A stretch of 64,000 nt of DNA from an uncultured Acidobacteriota bacterium (GTDB lineage Bacteria > Acidobacteriota > Vicinamibacteria > Vicinamibacterales > CAVVIG01). Under the pieces are notes generated by a model. That model was not told where the DNA came from. It did not search any database and worked only from the letters and a program-made list of their open reading frames with translations. The DNA lies in NCBI GenBank assembly GCA_963728825.1, contig CAVSLA010000004.1, positions 714,176-778,175 of the forward strand, written 5' to 3'. Positions 38,978-50,202 of this stretch are shown piece by piece. A program made the translations under genes and the position numbers. Position 1 is the first letter of the stretch, and every line of letters starts with the position of its first letter.

Positions 38978-40578
38978 GGCGCGGGTGGGCGGTGTGCGCG
39001 GCGTGTGTCGTGGCCCTGCTCGGCGTGCCCGCCGGCGCTGCTGCGCAGGCGCCCCAACGCATCCTGGTCATGCCGTTCGAGAACGTCACGCGCGACAGCC
39101 GGATTTTCTGGCTGACCGAGGCGGCGGCGGTGCTGCTGGCGGACAACCTCAACACACTCGGTGTCGGGGCAATCACGCGCGATGAGCGACGCGCCGCCTT
39201 CGAGCGCCTGCAGGTCCCGCCCGCGGCGGTTCTCACCGACGCCACGGTCATTCGCATCGGGCAGCTCGTGGGCGCGTCCCAGGTCGTCGTCGGCACGCTG
39301 CAGCTGCAAGGTGAAACGCTGCTGGTTCGGGCGAAGAGCATCGCCCTCGAGGTGGGCCGGATCCAGACCAATTCGACGGAGGGTGGACCGCTTCCGGAGC
39401 TCTTTTCGATTTTCGATCGGGTGGCCAGGCAGCTCGCGCCGCCGGGGGCAGCCTTCGCCAACGTCACCAGGGAGAACCCGCCAGTGCGCGCGTTCGAGAA
39501 CTACATCAAGGGGCTGCTTGCCGAAACCCCGACAACCGCAGTCAACTACCTGAACGCCGCGTTGCAGGCCTCCCCGTCTTTCGAGCGCCCTCGGTTGGCC
39601 CTGTGGGAGGTGTACACCGACCAGGGTAACCACGAGCGTGCGCTGTCATCGGTGAAAGGCGTCGCGCCCTCGTCGGCTTTCGGTCGCCGGGCATCGTTTC
39701 TTGCCGGGCTGTCACAGCTCAGCATGAATCGCTTCGACGATGCGTTCGACACGTTCACGGCGCTATTGAAAGAGGCACCGACCGCCGCGCTATACAACAA
39801 CCTCGGGGTCGTGCAACTTCGACGGGGCGGCGGCTCGGCTCAGACCGGCCGGCCGACCTTCTACTTCACTCGCGCCGCCGAATCGGCGGCGCAGGAAGCG
39901 GATTACTTTTTCAACCTGGGGTATGCGTATTGGATGGAGCGCGACGCGCAAGCCGCCATCTATTGGCTTCGCGAAGGGGTGCGGCGCGATCCGACCGACG
40001 GCGATGCCCATTTCGTTCTCGCCGCGGCCTTGTCGGCCGCCGGTCAGACGGCGGAGGCTAATCGCGAGCGCGAGCTTGCGAAGCGGCTCTCCTCCCGATA
40101 CGAAGAGTTCGACCGCCGGCCGGCCGCCGACCCCGTGCCGCGAGGTCTCGAGCGGGTCAAGAGCGATGTCGAACTGCCGAACGCGACCACGATTGAAGCG
40201 ACCCTGTTGGCGAGCGGCCAGCGCGACCAGCAGGACCTCGCGAAGTTCCATCTGGATCGCGCGCAGCGCATGTTCGAGCAGGAAAGCTACAGCGATGCCC
40301 AGCAGGAGCTCAATCGCGCGCTGTTCCTGTCACCCTACGAAGCACGCGCCCACCTGCTGGTCGGGCGCATCCTCTTGCGGAGCGGTCGAGTCGCCGAGGC
40401 GATCGACGCGCTGAAGATATCCGTGTGGAGCGAAGCGAGCGCCGATGCGCACGCCGTCCTGGCCGAGGCCTATCTCACTGCGAAAGATCTCGTCGCAGCC
40501 CGAGATGAAGCCGGCCGCGCGCTCGCGATCGACCCCACGCACGCGGCCGCGCAGCGCGTGCTCGAGCGGTCGAAATAG
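38974..40578 (+). CDS. Secreted tetratricopeptide-repeat protein
   Basis: TTG overlaps the upstream stop. Signal peptide LRRGWAVCAACVVALLGVPAGAAAQ. The N-terminal domain RILVMPFENVT... is followed by multiple TPR-like A/Y/L-rich repeats. Confidence 0.75.
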   Translation: MRRGWAVCAACVVALLGVPAGAAAQAPQRILVMPFENVTRDSRIFWLTEAAAVLLADNLNTLGVGAITRDERRAAFERLQVPPAAVLTDATVIRIGQLVGASQVVVGTLQLQGETLLVRAKSIALEVGRIQTNSTEGGPLPELFSIFDRVARQLAPPGAAFANVTRENPPVRAFENYIKGLLAETPTTAVNYLNAALQASPSFERPRLALWEVYTDQGNHERALSSVKGVAPSSAFGRRASFLAGLSQLSMNRFDDAFDTFTALLKEAPTAALYNNLGVVQLRRGGGSAQTGRPTFYFTRAAESAAQEADYFFNLGYAYWMERDAQAAIYWLREGVRRDPTDGDAHFVLAAALSAAGQTAEANRERELAKRLSSRYEEFDRRPAADPVPRGLERVKSDVELPNATTIEATLLASGQRDQQDLAKFHLDRAQRMFEQESYSDAQQELNRALFLSPYEARAHLLVGRILLRSGRVAEAIDALKISVWSEASADAHAVLAEAYLTAKDLVAARDEAGRALAIDPTHAAAQRVLERSK

Positions 40579-40607
40579 TTGCTGGCCGTGGTACAATCTC
40601 TGCCGGC

Positions 40608-41339
40608 TTGACGTCTCATACATCAGACGACGGCTTCCACGAAATCCAGCTCAACGGGAAGCAGCTTGTCTTCCTGTTCATGGCCGCAACGGTCGTTTCG
40701 GTCGTGATTTTCCTCTGCGGCGTGCTCGTCGGACGCGGTGTTCGGGCCGAGCAGGGATCGGTCGATTCGGCTGCGCTGACCGACCTGCCCATCGTCGACG
40801 GGACGGCCGCAACTGCCGGAGCGACGCCGGCCGGAACCGATCCGCGGGTCGCCGCGCCGCCTCCCGCGGTCGACGAGCTCTCCTATTTCAACCGCCTCGA
40901 GAAGAGCCAGCCGATCGTCGAGGAGTTGAAACCGGCCCCGACGCCGAAGCCAGCCGCTGAAGTCGCGCGCGTTCCACAAGCCGCGCCGCCTCCACCTGCG
41001 GTCACTCCGCCGGCCACGCCGGCGCCGGTTGCGCGACGGGAACCTGCTCCAGCAACATCGCCTCCTGCGCCTACTCGTGCCGCCACCTCGACGCCCGGTC
41101 CGGTCACCGCGGCATTCGTGGTCCAGATCGCCGCTCTCAATTCGCAGGGCGAAGCCGACGCAATGGCCAAACGGCTCAGCGCCCGGGGCTACGAAGCGTA
41201 CGTCCAGCCCCCGGCCAAGGGGGCACCCTCGATTTTCCGTGTGCGCGTTGGCAACTATCCAACCCGGCGCGATGCGGAAACAGTCGCCGCCAAGATCGAG
41301 AAGGAAGGCCAGTTCAAACCCTGGGTCGCTCCTCGCTAG
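40608..41339 (+). CDS. SPOR domain-containing protein
   Basis: One transmembrane helix, a Pro/Ala-rich linker and a C-terminal SPOR domain: FVVQIAALNSQGEADAMAKRLSARGYEAYV...FRVRVGNYPTRRDAETVAAKI. Confidence 0.8.
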   Translation: MTSHTSDDGFHEIQLNGKQLVFLFMAATVVSVVIFLCGVLVGRGVRAEQGSVDSAALTDLPIVDGTAATAGATPAGTDPRVAAPPPAVDELSYFNRLEKSQPIVEELKPAPTPKPAAEVARVPQAAPPPPAVTPPATPAPVARREPAPATSPPAPTRAATSTPGPVTAAFVVQIAALNSQGEADAMAKRLSARGYEAYVQPPAKGAPSIFRVRVGNYPTRRDAETVAAKIEKEGQFKPWVAPR

Positions 41340-41422
41340 CCGTCCGCTCCCTCGATTACGCGCTGGCCGCGGTATCCGGGGTCCTGCTGGCACTCAGTTT
41401 CCCGACATTCGGACATCCGGCC

Positions 41423-42880
41423 GTGTCATGGGTCGCGCTGGCTCCGCTGCTCGTGGCGCTGGGCCACGCGTCACTCAAGAGAGCGGTCGGCCTCGGGTTC
41501 ATCACCGGCCTGGTGTACTTCACCGGAACGCTGTACTGGATCACCCGGGTGATGTCGTTCTACGGCGGGCTGCAGCCGGCAGTGGCCGTGGCGGTGAACG
41601 CAGCACTCATTGCCTACTTGTCGCTGTTCCCCGCAATCTTTGCAGTCCTGACGCGACGGTTCACCATTGCCTATGGGCCGCTGGGCGTGCTGGCGGCGCC
41701 GCTTGCCTGGGTCACCACCGAGCTCGGACGGACGTATCTCCTGACCGGATTTCCCTGGGTTCTCCTGGGCTACAGCCAGGCATCCGTCCTTCCTGTGGCG
41801 CAAGCGGCCAGTCTGTTCGGCGTGTATGGCTTGTCCGCGCTTGTGGCCTTCGTAAACGCCGCGATCGCGTTCGCGCTGGTTCGGCGCGGTGACGCGGGCG
41901 ACAACCGTGGCACAGCACGTGTGACGCCCTCCGTCGGGCGATTCGTTCCGCTTGCGACGGCTGCGGCGATCGTGGTGGCGTTCGCTGTCTGGGGCAGCGT
42001 CCGGATGTCGCGCGGGACGTTGACGGCGGGCGAGCCGGTTCGAGTGGCGATGATCCAGGGCAATGTCGAGCAAGGCGAGAAGTGGGATCCAGCCCATGCC
42101 CCGGATATCTTCGCCAGCTACCTGCGGATGACGCGTCAGGCGATCACCGATCGAGCGGACCTCGTGATCTGGCCCGAGTCGGCCACGCCGTTTACGTTCG
42201 AAATGGATCCTGCTTCGGGGGAGGAAATCCGGAAGATCGCCCGCGAGGCGCGCGTGCCGATCCTGTTCGGGAGCGACCAGATCGAGCGGGGAGTGCCGAC
42301 CAGGTACTACAACTCGGCGTATCTCATCCGGCCCGACGGGTCGACGGGCGGCGTCTATCGAAAAATGCACCTGGTGCCGTTCGGCGAGTACGTACCGCTC
42401 AAGCGCGTGCTGTTTTTTGCCGCACCGCTGGTGGAGGCGGTGTCGGACTTTTCGGCCGGTGACTCCGCTGTGCTCCTGCCGCTCGGCGATCGCCCCGTCA
42501 GCACGGCGATTTGTTACGAAATCGTCTACCCGGATCTCGTCCGCCGGTTCGTAGCGGCCGGCAGCCAGCTGCTGACGACCATCACCAACGACGCATGGTT
42601 TGGAGAGACGTCGGCGCCGTATCAGCATTTCGCCCAGGCGTCGATGCGGGCGATCGAGAACGGCCGCTATCTGGTCAGGGCGGCCAACACCGGAATCAGC
42701 GGCGTCGTCGATCCGTACGGCCGCGTCGTCGTCCAGAGCGGGCTGTTCGAGCCGGCCGTGCTGGTCGCCCCGGTGGTCTTTCAGACCGCCACGACGCTCT
42801 ATACGCGGACGGGCGATCTGTTTGCGTACCTGTCGACGCTTGTGACGCTGGCGCTGCTGGTCGTGAAATGGAAGATTTGA
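41423..42880 (+). CDS. lnt: Apolipoprotein N-acyltransferase
   Basis: Multi-helix N-terminus plus a CN-hydrolase domain (VIWPESA, YRKMHLVPFGEYVP, ICYEIVYPDL). The frame stays open and Lnt-like upstream to about 41321 with no ATG, GTG or TTG, so the true N-terminus is unresolved. Confidence 0.85.
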   Translation: MSWVALAPLLVALGHASLKRAVGLGFITGLVYFTGTLYWITRVMSFYGGLQPAVAVAVNAALIAYLSLFPAIFAVLTRRFTIAYGPLGVLAAPLAWVTTELGRTYLLTGFPWVLLGYSQASVLPVAQAASLFGVYGLSALVAFVNAAIAFALVRRGDAGDNRGTARVTPSVGRFVPLATAAAIVVAFAVWGSVRMSRGTLTAGEPVRVAMIQGNVEQGEKWDPAHAPDIFASYLRMTRQAITDRADLVIWPESATPFTFEMDPASGEEIRKIAREARVPILFGSDQIERGVPTRYYNSAYLIRPDGSTGGVYRKMHLVPFGEYVPLKRVLFFAAPLVEAVSDFSAGDSAVLLPLGDRPVSTAICYEIVYPDLVRRFVAAGSQLLTTITNDAWFGETSAPYQHFAQASMRAIENGRYLVRAANTGISGVVDPYGRVVVQSGLFEPAVLVAPVVFQTATTLYTRTGDLFAYLSTLVTLALLVVKWKI

Positions 42881-42896
42881 GATAATTCAAGCCTCC

Positions 42897-44040
42897 ATGC
42901 CCACTGTCGACGATCTGAGACGCCGCTACGAGGATCTCCATAAACGCGCTGCCGACCTGCGGAGCTATCTTTGAGGCCGCACGTCCACAGGAAGAACTGA
43001 CCAGGCTGGAAGCGCGCGCCGCCTCGCCGGATTTCTGGAAAGATCAGGCCGAAGCTCAAAAGATTCTGCAGCGCCGTCGCCGCCTCGAGCAGGACCGCGA
43101 TCTGATGGTGTCGCTCCGGAAAAAGAGCGATGACCTGGCGGTGCTGGTCGAGTGGGCTGACGCCGGAGAAGCCGTCGATGCCGAGTTCAACGTCGCCCTG
43201 GATGCGCTCGATCAGGAAGTGCAGGCGGGCGAGGTCAAGAAGATGCTCGGCGGCGAGCACGACCGCAAGAACGCCATTATCACCATTCATCCGGGCGCCG
43301 GCGGCACCGAGTCACAGGATTGGGCCGAGATGCTGCTGCGGATGTACCTGCGATGGGCGGAGCGCCGCAACTTCAAGCGGGAGCTGATCGACTATCAGCC
43401 GGGCGACGAGGCCGGCCTGAAGAGCGCGACCGTTACCGTGACCGGCGACTACGCCTACGGCTTGCTGTCGGCCGAAGCCGGAGTCCACCGGCTCGTGCGG
43501 ATCTCGCCGTTCGATCAGGCGGCGCGCCGGCATACCTCGTTTGCCTCGCTGCATGTCTGGCCGGAGCTGCCCGAAGACGTCGACGTCGCCATCGAGGAGA
43601 AGGACCTCCGCATCGACACGTACCGATCGAGCGGCGCCGGCGGCCAGCATGTCAACGTCACCGACTCGGCGGTGCGCCTCACCCACCTGCCGAGCGGCAT
43701 CGTCGTGTCGTGTCAGAACGAGCGGTCGCAGCATCGCAACCGCGATTCGGCGATGAAGGTCCTCAAGGCCAGACTGTACGACCTGAAGCTGAAAGAAAAT
43801 CAGGCGAAGCTCGAGCAGATCAGCGGCGTCAAGAAGGAGATCGCCTTCGGCAGCCAGATTCGCAGCTACGTCCTTCACCCGTACCAGCTGGTCAAAGATC
43901 ACCGGACCAAGGAGCAGGTCGGCGACATCAACCGTGTGCTCGACGGCGATCTCGAGACCTTCATCAAGTCGTTTCTGATGAAACGCTCGAGCGGAATGCT
44001 CGGTGCGGCGGATTCTGGTGACGACGAAGACGTCGACTGA
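42897..44040 (+). CDS. prfB: Peptide chain release factor 2, requires a programmed +1 frameshift: join(42897..42971,42973..44040)
   Basis: ORF0 MPTVDDLRRRYEDLHKRAADLRSYL stops at TGA 42972-42974. The +1 frame continues as EAARPQEELTRLEARAASPDFWKDQ...SPF...GGQHVNVTDSAVRLTH (GGQ). Confidence 0.9.
42960..42975 (+). promoter_or_regulatory. RF2 autoregulatory +1 frameshift site
   Basis: cGGAGc-TAT-CTT-TGA-g: the slippery CUU followed by UGA, with a Shine-Dalgarno-like GGAG three nucleotides upstream of the codon preceding it. This is the classic prfB arrangement. Confidence 0.85.
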
Positions 44041-45586
44041 CCGTTCAGGCGCTGTCTTCGTCGCCGCCGGCATCCTGCTGAGCCGAATCGCCGGCCTGGT
44101 CAGACTGCGCGCGTTCGCCCACTATTTCGGTCTGCAGTCCGACGCCGCCGACGCCTTCAACGCGGCGTTCCGCATCCCCAATCTGCTGCAGAACCTGTTT
44201 GGCGAAGGCGCGCTGTCGGCGTCGTTCATTCCGGTCTACGCCGCGCTGCTGGGCCGCGGCGATCGGCGTGAGGCCGATCGCGTTGCTGGAGCGGTCGGCG
44301 CGTCGCTGGCGCTGACCACGGCGGTGGTCGTGGCGCTGGGCGTGCTTGCCGCACCAATCCTGACCGCAGCGATCGCGCCGGGCTTTACCGGTGAAAAACG
44401 CGTGCTGACCGTCCTGCTGGTGCGAGTGCTGTTTCCAGGTGCCGGCCTGCTGGTGGTGTCGGCGTGGTGCCTGGGAATACTGAACAGTCACCGGCGATTC
44501 CTGCTCTCCTACGCGGCGCCGGTCGTGTGGAACGCCGCGATGATCTTCACGCTGGTGGCCTTCGGTGGCGCGACCCTGCCGCGTCTCGCGGTGGCGCTGG
44601 CCTGGGGATCGGTGGCGGGCAGCGCGCTCCAGGTCGCGGTTCAACTGCCGGCGGTGTGGCGGGCCGCCCCGGACCTGCGGTTTGCCGTCGATCGCGCCTC
44701 GCCGCATGTACGCGAGGTGACGCGCAATTTCGTCCCGGTGTTCTTCGGCCGCGGCGTCGTACAGATCAGCGCCTTTGTCGACACGCTCATCGCCAGCCTG
44801 CTGCCGACGGGGGCGGTGACGGGCCTGGCCAACGCCCAGTTGCTGTATACGCTACCGGTCAGCCTGTTCGGCATGTCGGTCGCTGCCGCCGAACTGCCGG
44901 CGATGGCGATGGTGGGCGGAGTCGACGACGTCGCGCGCGACACGCTCCGTTCGCGTCTTCAAGACGGGCTGCGCCGCATTGCGTTCTTCGTGGTGCCGTC
45001 AGCGATTGCTTTCCTGGCGTTCGGCGACGTGATTGCCGCCGCCTTGCTGCAGACCGGCCGATTCCGCAACGAGGACGCCGTTTATGTCTGGGGCATTCTT
45101 GCCGGGTCGGCCGTCGGCCTGCTCGCGTCGACACTCGGGCGGCTCTACTCGTCTGCTTACTACGCGCTGCACGACACACGCACCCCGCTGAAGTTCGCGA
45201 TCGTTCGGATCGTGGTTGCCACCGCGCTCGGCTACCTGCTCGCCGTCCACGCGCCGGCCTGGCTCGAGATCTCCGCCATCTGGGGAGCCGCCGGACTCAC
45301 CGTGTCGGCAAGCGTCGCCGCATGGCTCGAGCTGCTGTTGCTGCGCCGCGCTTTGAACAGACGGATTGGTGTCACGAGTCTGGCGCCCGCGTATCTCATC
45401 ACCCTGTGGAGCCTGGGCCTGGCCGCCGCGGCGGCGGCGTGGGGCGTGCGAATCGTTCTGCCTCCTCTCCACCCCGCGCTCGCCGCCATGGCGATTCTCG
45501 GCCCGTACGGGTTGCTGTTCCTCGGCGGGGCCGTACTCGTGAGAGTCCCGGAAGCCGATGCGTTCGTGCGTCGGTTGACCAGGTGA
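44003..45586 (+). CDS. murJ: Lipid II flippase MurJ
   Basis: LSRIAGLVRLRAFAHYFGLQSDAADAFNAAFRIPNLLQNLFGEGALSASFIPVYA and about 14 hydrophobic helices. The start may be a GTG a few codons downstream. Confidence 0.9.
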   Translation: MRRILVTTKTSTDRSGAVFVAAGILLSRIAGLVRLRAFAHYFGLQSDAADAFNAAFRIPNLLQNLFGEGALSASFIPVYAALLGRGDRREADRVAGAVGASLALTTAVVVALGVLAAPILTAAIAPGFTGEKRVLTVLLVRVLFPGAGLLVVSAWCLGILNSHRRFLLSYAAPVVWNAAMIFTLVAFGGATLPRLAVALAWGSVAGSALQVAVQLPAVWRAAPDLRFAVDRASPHVREVTRNFVPVFFGRGVVQISAFVDTLIASLLPTGAVTGLANAQLLYTLPVSLFGMSVAAAELPAMAMVGGVDDVARDTLRSRLQDGLRRIAFFVVPSAIAFLAFGDVIAAALLQTGRFRNEDAVYVWGILAGSAVGLLASTLGRLYSSAYYALHDTRTPLKFAIVRIVVATALGYLLAVHAPAWLEISAIWGAAGLTVSASVAAWLELLLLRRALNRRIGVTSLAPAYLITLWSLGLAAAAAAWGVRIVLPPLHPALAAMAILGPYGLLFLGGAVLVRVPEADAFVRRLTR

Positions 45587-45599
45587 GACGTAAATGTAG

Positions 45600-45621
45600 G
45601 CCGGGTCCTTTCGGACCCGGC
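45600..45621. terminator. 9-bp stem hairpin between convergent genes, same sequence family as 7165-7186
   Basis: gccgggtcc-tttc-ggacccggc, between the murJ stop (45586) and the response-regulator stop (45639). Confidence 0.6.
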
Positions 45622-45638
45622 GCACGCTTGCCACAGTC

Positions 45639-46268
45639 CTACGACTCCAGAAGCCCGTTCTCGATCGCGTAGCGCATCAGCTCGGCGTTGGTTCGCATCC
45701 CGAGCTTGTCGAGGACCCGCATCCGATACGTGCTGACCGTTTTCACGCTCAAGCTCAGATCTCTCGCGATGTCGGACACCGTGTGGCCCGATCCGAGGAG
45801 CCGCAGGACCTGGTACTCGCGGTCGGACAGAGAATCGTGCGGCGTTCCCGCAGCGCGCTCGGACCATCGGACCAACACCTGACCGGCGTCGCGTCCGATA
45901 TAGCGGCGGCCGCGCCGCGCTTCCTCAATCGCCGCAATGAATTCCTCCGGCGGACTGTCTTTCGTCAGATACCCGGCAGCGCCGGCGGCGAGCGCGCGGC
46001 GCGCGAACTGTGATGCCGGGTGCATGCTCACAACCAACGTCGGCAGCGAGGGCTGCAATCGTCGCAGCTGTTTGATGAGGTCGAGGCCGCTCGTCCCGGG
46101 CAGCGAGATATCGGCTACCACGATGTCCCACTCGGCGGAGCGGACCTGCAGCAGCGCGCTGACGGCGTCCCCCGCCTCGCCGACCACAGCCCCCTTGAGC
46201 CGCTCGGTGAGGATGGTCCGGATACCCTGACGCACGACCGGATGGTCGTCGACCAGCAGGATGCGCAT
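45639..46268 (-). CDS. NarL/FixJ-family response regulator (REC + LuxR-type HTH)
   Basis: MRILLVDDHPVVRQG...VVADISLPGTSGLD...LSDREYQVLRLLGSGHTVSDIARDLSLSVKTVSTYRMRVLDKLG. The ATG overlaps the kinase stop. Confidence 0.9.
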   Translation of the reverse strand: MRILLVDDHPVVRQGIRTILTERLKGAVVGEAGDAVSALLQVRSAEWDIVVADISLPGTSGLDLIKQLRRLQPSLPTLVVSMHPASQFARRALAAGAAGYLTKDSPPEEFIAAIEEARRGRRYIGRDAGQVLVRWSERAAGTPHDSLSDREYQVLRLLGSGHTVSDIARDLSLSVKTVSTYRMRVLDKLGMRTNAELMRYAIENGLLES

Positions 46269-47362
46269 CAGCGCGTCCTGCGATCCTGGCCGGAGCGAAG
46301 CCGAGGACTGGTGGTGGTTGGGACGCGCACCGTGATCGCCGTTCCTTTGGCGGGCCGGCCCGTGATGTTGAAGGCGCCGCCGATGATCGCGGCCCGCTCC
46401 CGCATGCCGAGCAGACCGATCGCCCCCGGATGTGTCATCTCCGCTTCCTTGATCCCTCGCCCGTTGTCGCGGATGCGCAATTCGAATACCCCTTTGCCTT
46501 CGGCGAGCGTGACGTGGACCGCGCTGGCCCGTGCGTGCCGGACGACGTTGGTGAGAGCTTCCTGGAAGATGCGGAAGACGACTGTCTGCTGATCCGCGGT
46601 CAGATGGGTCGTCTCGCGCGGCGCCCGGATGTAGCAGCGCACGCCGGTCGTCGCCTGGAACGCCGACGCTTCCCAGCGAATCGCCGCGGCGAGGCCCAGA
46701 TGGTCGAGCGTTGCCGGCCGGAGATTCGTCGCGATCCGTTTCACCGTCGAGATGCCGATTTCGACGAGCCCGGTGAGCGACTGAATGCGATCGATCGTCT
46801 GCCGGTCGACCTGGTCGTTGCGCAACGCACCGGTCGTCCGGGCGAGCTCGAGCTTGATGGCGGTCAGCGTCTGGCCCAGCTCGTCGTGCAGTTCGCGGGC
46901 AATGTTCGCGCGTTCCTCTTCTCGAGCGGTCTGGACGCGGGCGGCGAGCTGACGAAGCTGCTCTTCCGATTCGCGCAGACGTTGTTTGGCGTCGGTGATG
47001 TCGGCACACGAACCAACATATCCACTGAGGTCGCCAGCGGCGCTCAGACGCGGCGAACCGTGACCGAGCACCCAGCGATACTGGCCGTCGGCGCGGCGCA
47101 GGCGGTATTCGATGCTGAACGGCTCTCGATGGGCTGCGGCGTGGCGTGCCTGTTCCGCGAAGCCGGCGCGATCGTCCTGATGGACGCCCTTGAGCCAGCC
47201 GAACCCCAACTCCTCCTGGAGCGAGCGGCCCGTGAATGCCAGCCACTCGCGGTTGAAGAAGGTGCAGCGCCCATCCGGCGACGAAATCCACAGCATCACC
47301 GGTACATCGTCAGCGACCGTCCGGAACAGCGCGTCGGCGTCGAGTAATGCGGACTCGCCCAC
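46268..47362 (-). CDS. PAS-domain sensor histidine kinase (HisKA_3 / NarX-DesK type)
   Basis: PAS-like N-terminus (VPVMLWISSPDGRCTFFNREWLAFTG...YRLRRADGQYRWVL), H-box ARELHDELGQTLTAIK, and an ATPase region (EALTNVVRHA...DNGRGI...GLLGMRERA). GTG start. Confidence 0.85.
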   Translation of the reverse strand: MGESALLDADALFRTVADDVPVMLWISSPDGRCTFFNREWLAFTGRSLQEELGFGWLKGVHQDDRAGFAEQARHAAAHREPFSIEYRLRRADGQYRWVLGHGSPRLSAAGDLSGYVGSCADITDAKQRLRESEEQLRQLAARVQTAREEERANIARELHDELGQTLTAIKLELARTTGALRNDQVDRQTIDRIQSLTGLVEIGISTVKRIATNLRPATLDHLGLAAAIRWEASAFQATTGVRCYIRAPRETTHLTADQQTVVFRIFQEALTNVVRHARASAVHVTLAEGKGVFELRIRDNGRGIKEAEMTHPGAIGLLGMRERAAIIGGAFNITGRPAKGTAITVRVPTTTSPRLRSGQDRRTR

Positions 47363-47412
47363 ACCTTGCTTGGTACACGAGATCAGGCCCGAATGTCTAT
47401 GCTCGCGACACT

Positions 47413-47435
47413 CTTGTCAGACGAACACTGACAAG
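47413..47435. promoter_or_regulatory. Perfect 8-bp inverted repeat in the divergent intergenic region (candidate operator)
   Basis: CTTGTCAG-acgaaca-CTGACAAG. A further TGTCAGAC copy lies at 47472-47479 and CTGACA at about 47510. Confidence 0.35.
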
Positions 47436-47524
47436 ATGACGAATTCTGTTACAGCCAGCCCCGACGGGTCCTGTCAGACAACCTCCGACATACTCTCCGT
47501 GCAGAAGTACTGACACTAAGGGGT

Positions 47525-48601
47525 GTGAATTGTGCGCAAACCGGGGGTGAACCGCTGCTGGCTGGCATGAATTCGATCGGAAGCGGCGATGACGTTCGTC
47601 GCGGACTGTACAGCTCGACCCTGACGCCGGCGACGATCCTGGTCGTCGACGATCTCGAGGCGAACGTCCGACTGCTCGAGCGTCTGCTCGTGCGCGACGG
47701 CTACCGGGTCCTCGTCGCCCGCGACGGAGAGGAGGCACTGGCGCAGGTCGAGCGGCATCCGCCCGACGTGATCCTGATGGATGTCGTCATGCCGACGCTG
47801 GACGGATTCGAAACGTGTCGCCGCCTCAAAGAGAATCCCGCGACGAGACTCGTGCCGATCGTGTTGCTCACCGCGATGCAGGAGAGCGGCGGCCGCATCC
47901 GCGGGCTCGAGGCCGGCGCCGACGATTTTCTACGCAAGCCGGTCGAGGCCGCGGAGTTGAGCGCGCGCGTCCGCTCGCTGGTCCGGCTCAAGCGCTACAC
48001 CGACGAACTCGACACCGCGGAATCGGTCATCTTGAGCCTCGGCCTGACGATCGAGGCGCGGGATGCTACGACCGACGGCCACTGTCAGCGGCTGGCGCGT
48101 TATGCGGTCGAACTGGGGACCGAATTGGGGCTCACCGACGACGAGCTCGCCGCGCTCGCAAAGGGCGGAATCCTGCACGACATCGGCAAAGTCGGTATTC
48201 CCGATGCCATCCTGCTGAAGCCGGCGCGGCTGACCGCCGACGAGTTCGCGATCATGAAGCGCCACACCGAGATTGGCGATCGCCTCTGCGGCCAGCTGCG
48301 CTCCTTGCGCCGGGTCAGGCCGATCGTCCGCCATCACCACGAGCTGCTCGACGGCAGCGGCTATCCGGACGGACTCCGCAGCAGCAGTGTGCCGCTGCTC
48401 GCGCAGATGATGGGCGTGGTCGACGTGTTCGACGCCCTGACCTCGTCGCGTCCCTACAAGTCGCCGGTGTCGGCGGACCGCGCCTATGCGGAACTGATTC
48501 TCGACGCCCGGCGTGGACGCCGCGATCGCGATCTGGTTCGAGCGTTCGAACGCATTGCCGCGCGCGTCGCGACCGCCGAGCAGCGGCTGCGCAGGGAATG
48601 A
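47525..48601 (+). CDS. Response regulator with an HD-GYP phosphodiesterase output domain
   Basis: ILVVDDLEANVRLLERLL...VILMDVVMPTLDGFE...LLTAM...ADDFLRKP, then HCQRLARYA...GGILHDIGKVGIPD...VRHHHELLDGSGYPDGL. The start may be ATG 47567. Confidence 0.85.
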   Translation: MNCAQTGGEPLLAGMNSIGSGDDVRRGLYSSTLTPATILVVDDLEANVRLLERLLVRDGYRVLVARDGEEALAQVERHPPDVILMDVVMPTLDGFETCRRLKENPATRLVPIVLLTAMQESGGRIRGLEAGADDFLRKPVEAAELSARVRSLVRLKRYTDELDTAESVILSLGLTIEARDATTDGHCQRLARYAVELGTELGLTDDELAALAKGGILHDIGKVGIPDAILLKPARLTADEFAIMKRHTEIGDRLCGQLRSLRRVRPIVRHHHELLDGSGYPDGLRSSSVPLLAQMMGVVDVFDALTSSRPYKSPVSADRAYAELILDARRGRRDRDLVRAFERIAARVATAEQRLRRE

Positions 48602-48794
48602 AGTCGTTGACCTCATCACGCTGGCGACACGACATCACCAACCAGATCGGGATCGTTCTCGGCTTCGCGGAGCTGTTGCTCGACGAGATGGATCCCGCCG
48701 ATCCACGCCGGGCGGACATCCAGGAGATCGCGGCGGCCGCGCAGAAGGCGCTCGATCTGATCCGTCAGGCGAAGGACGAGGGCGAGGAGCCGCT

Positions 48795-48798
<4 letters not shown>
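48598..48798 (+). CDS. 66-aa stand-alone histidine-kinase DHp/H-box protein with no ATPase domain
   Basis: MKSLTSSRWRHDITNQIGIVLGFAELLLDEMDPADPRRADIQEIAAAAQKALDLIRQAKDEGEEPL. The H-box pattern is HD-x2-N-x3-I-x-G-x-AELL. Its ATG overlaps the upstream stop (AATGA) and its stop overlaps the downstream GTG (GTGA). Confidence 0.55.
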
Positions 48799-50195
<1,397 letters not shown>

Positions 50196-50202
50196 TCGTT
50201 GG

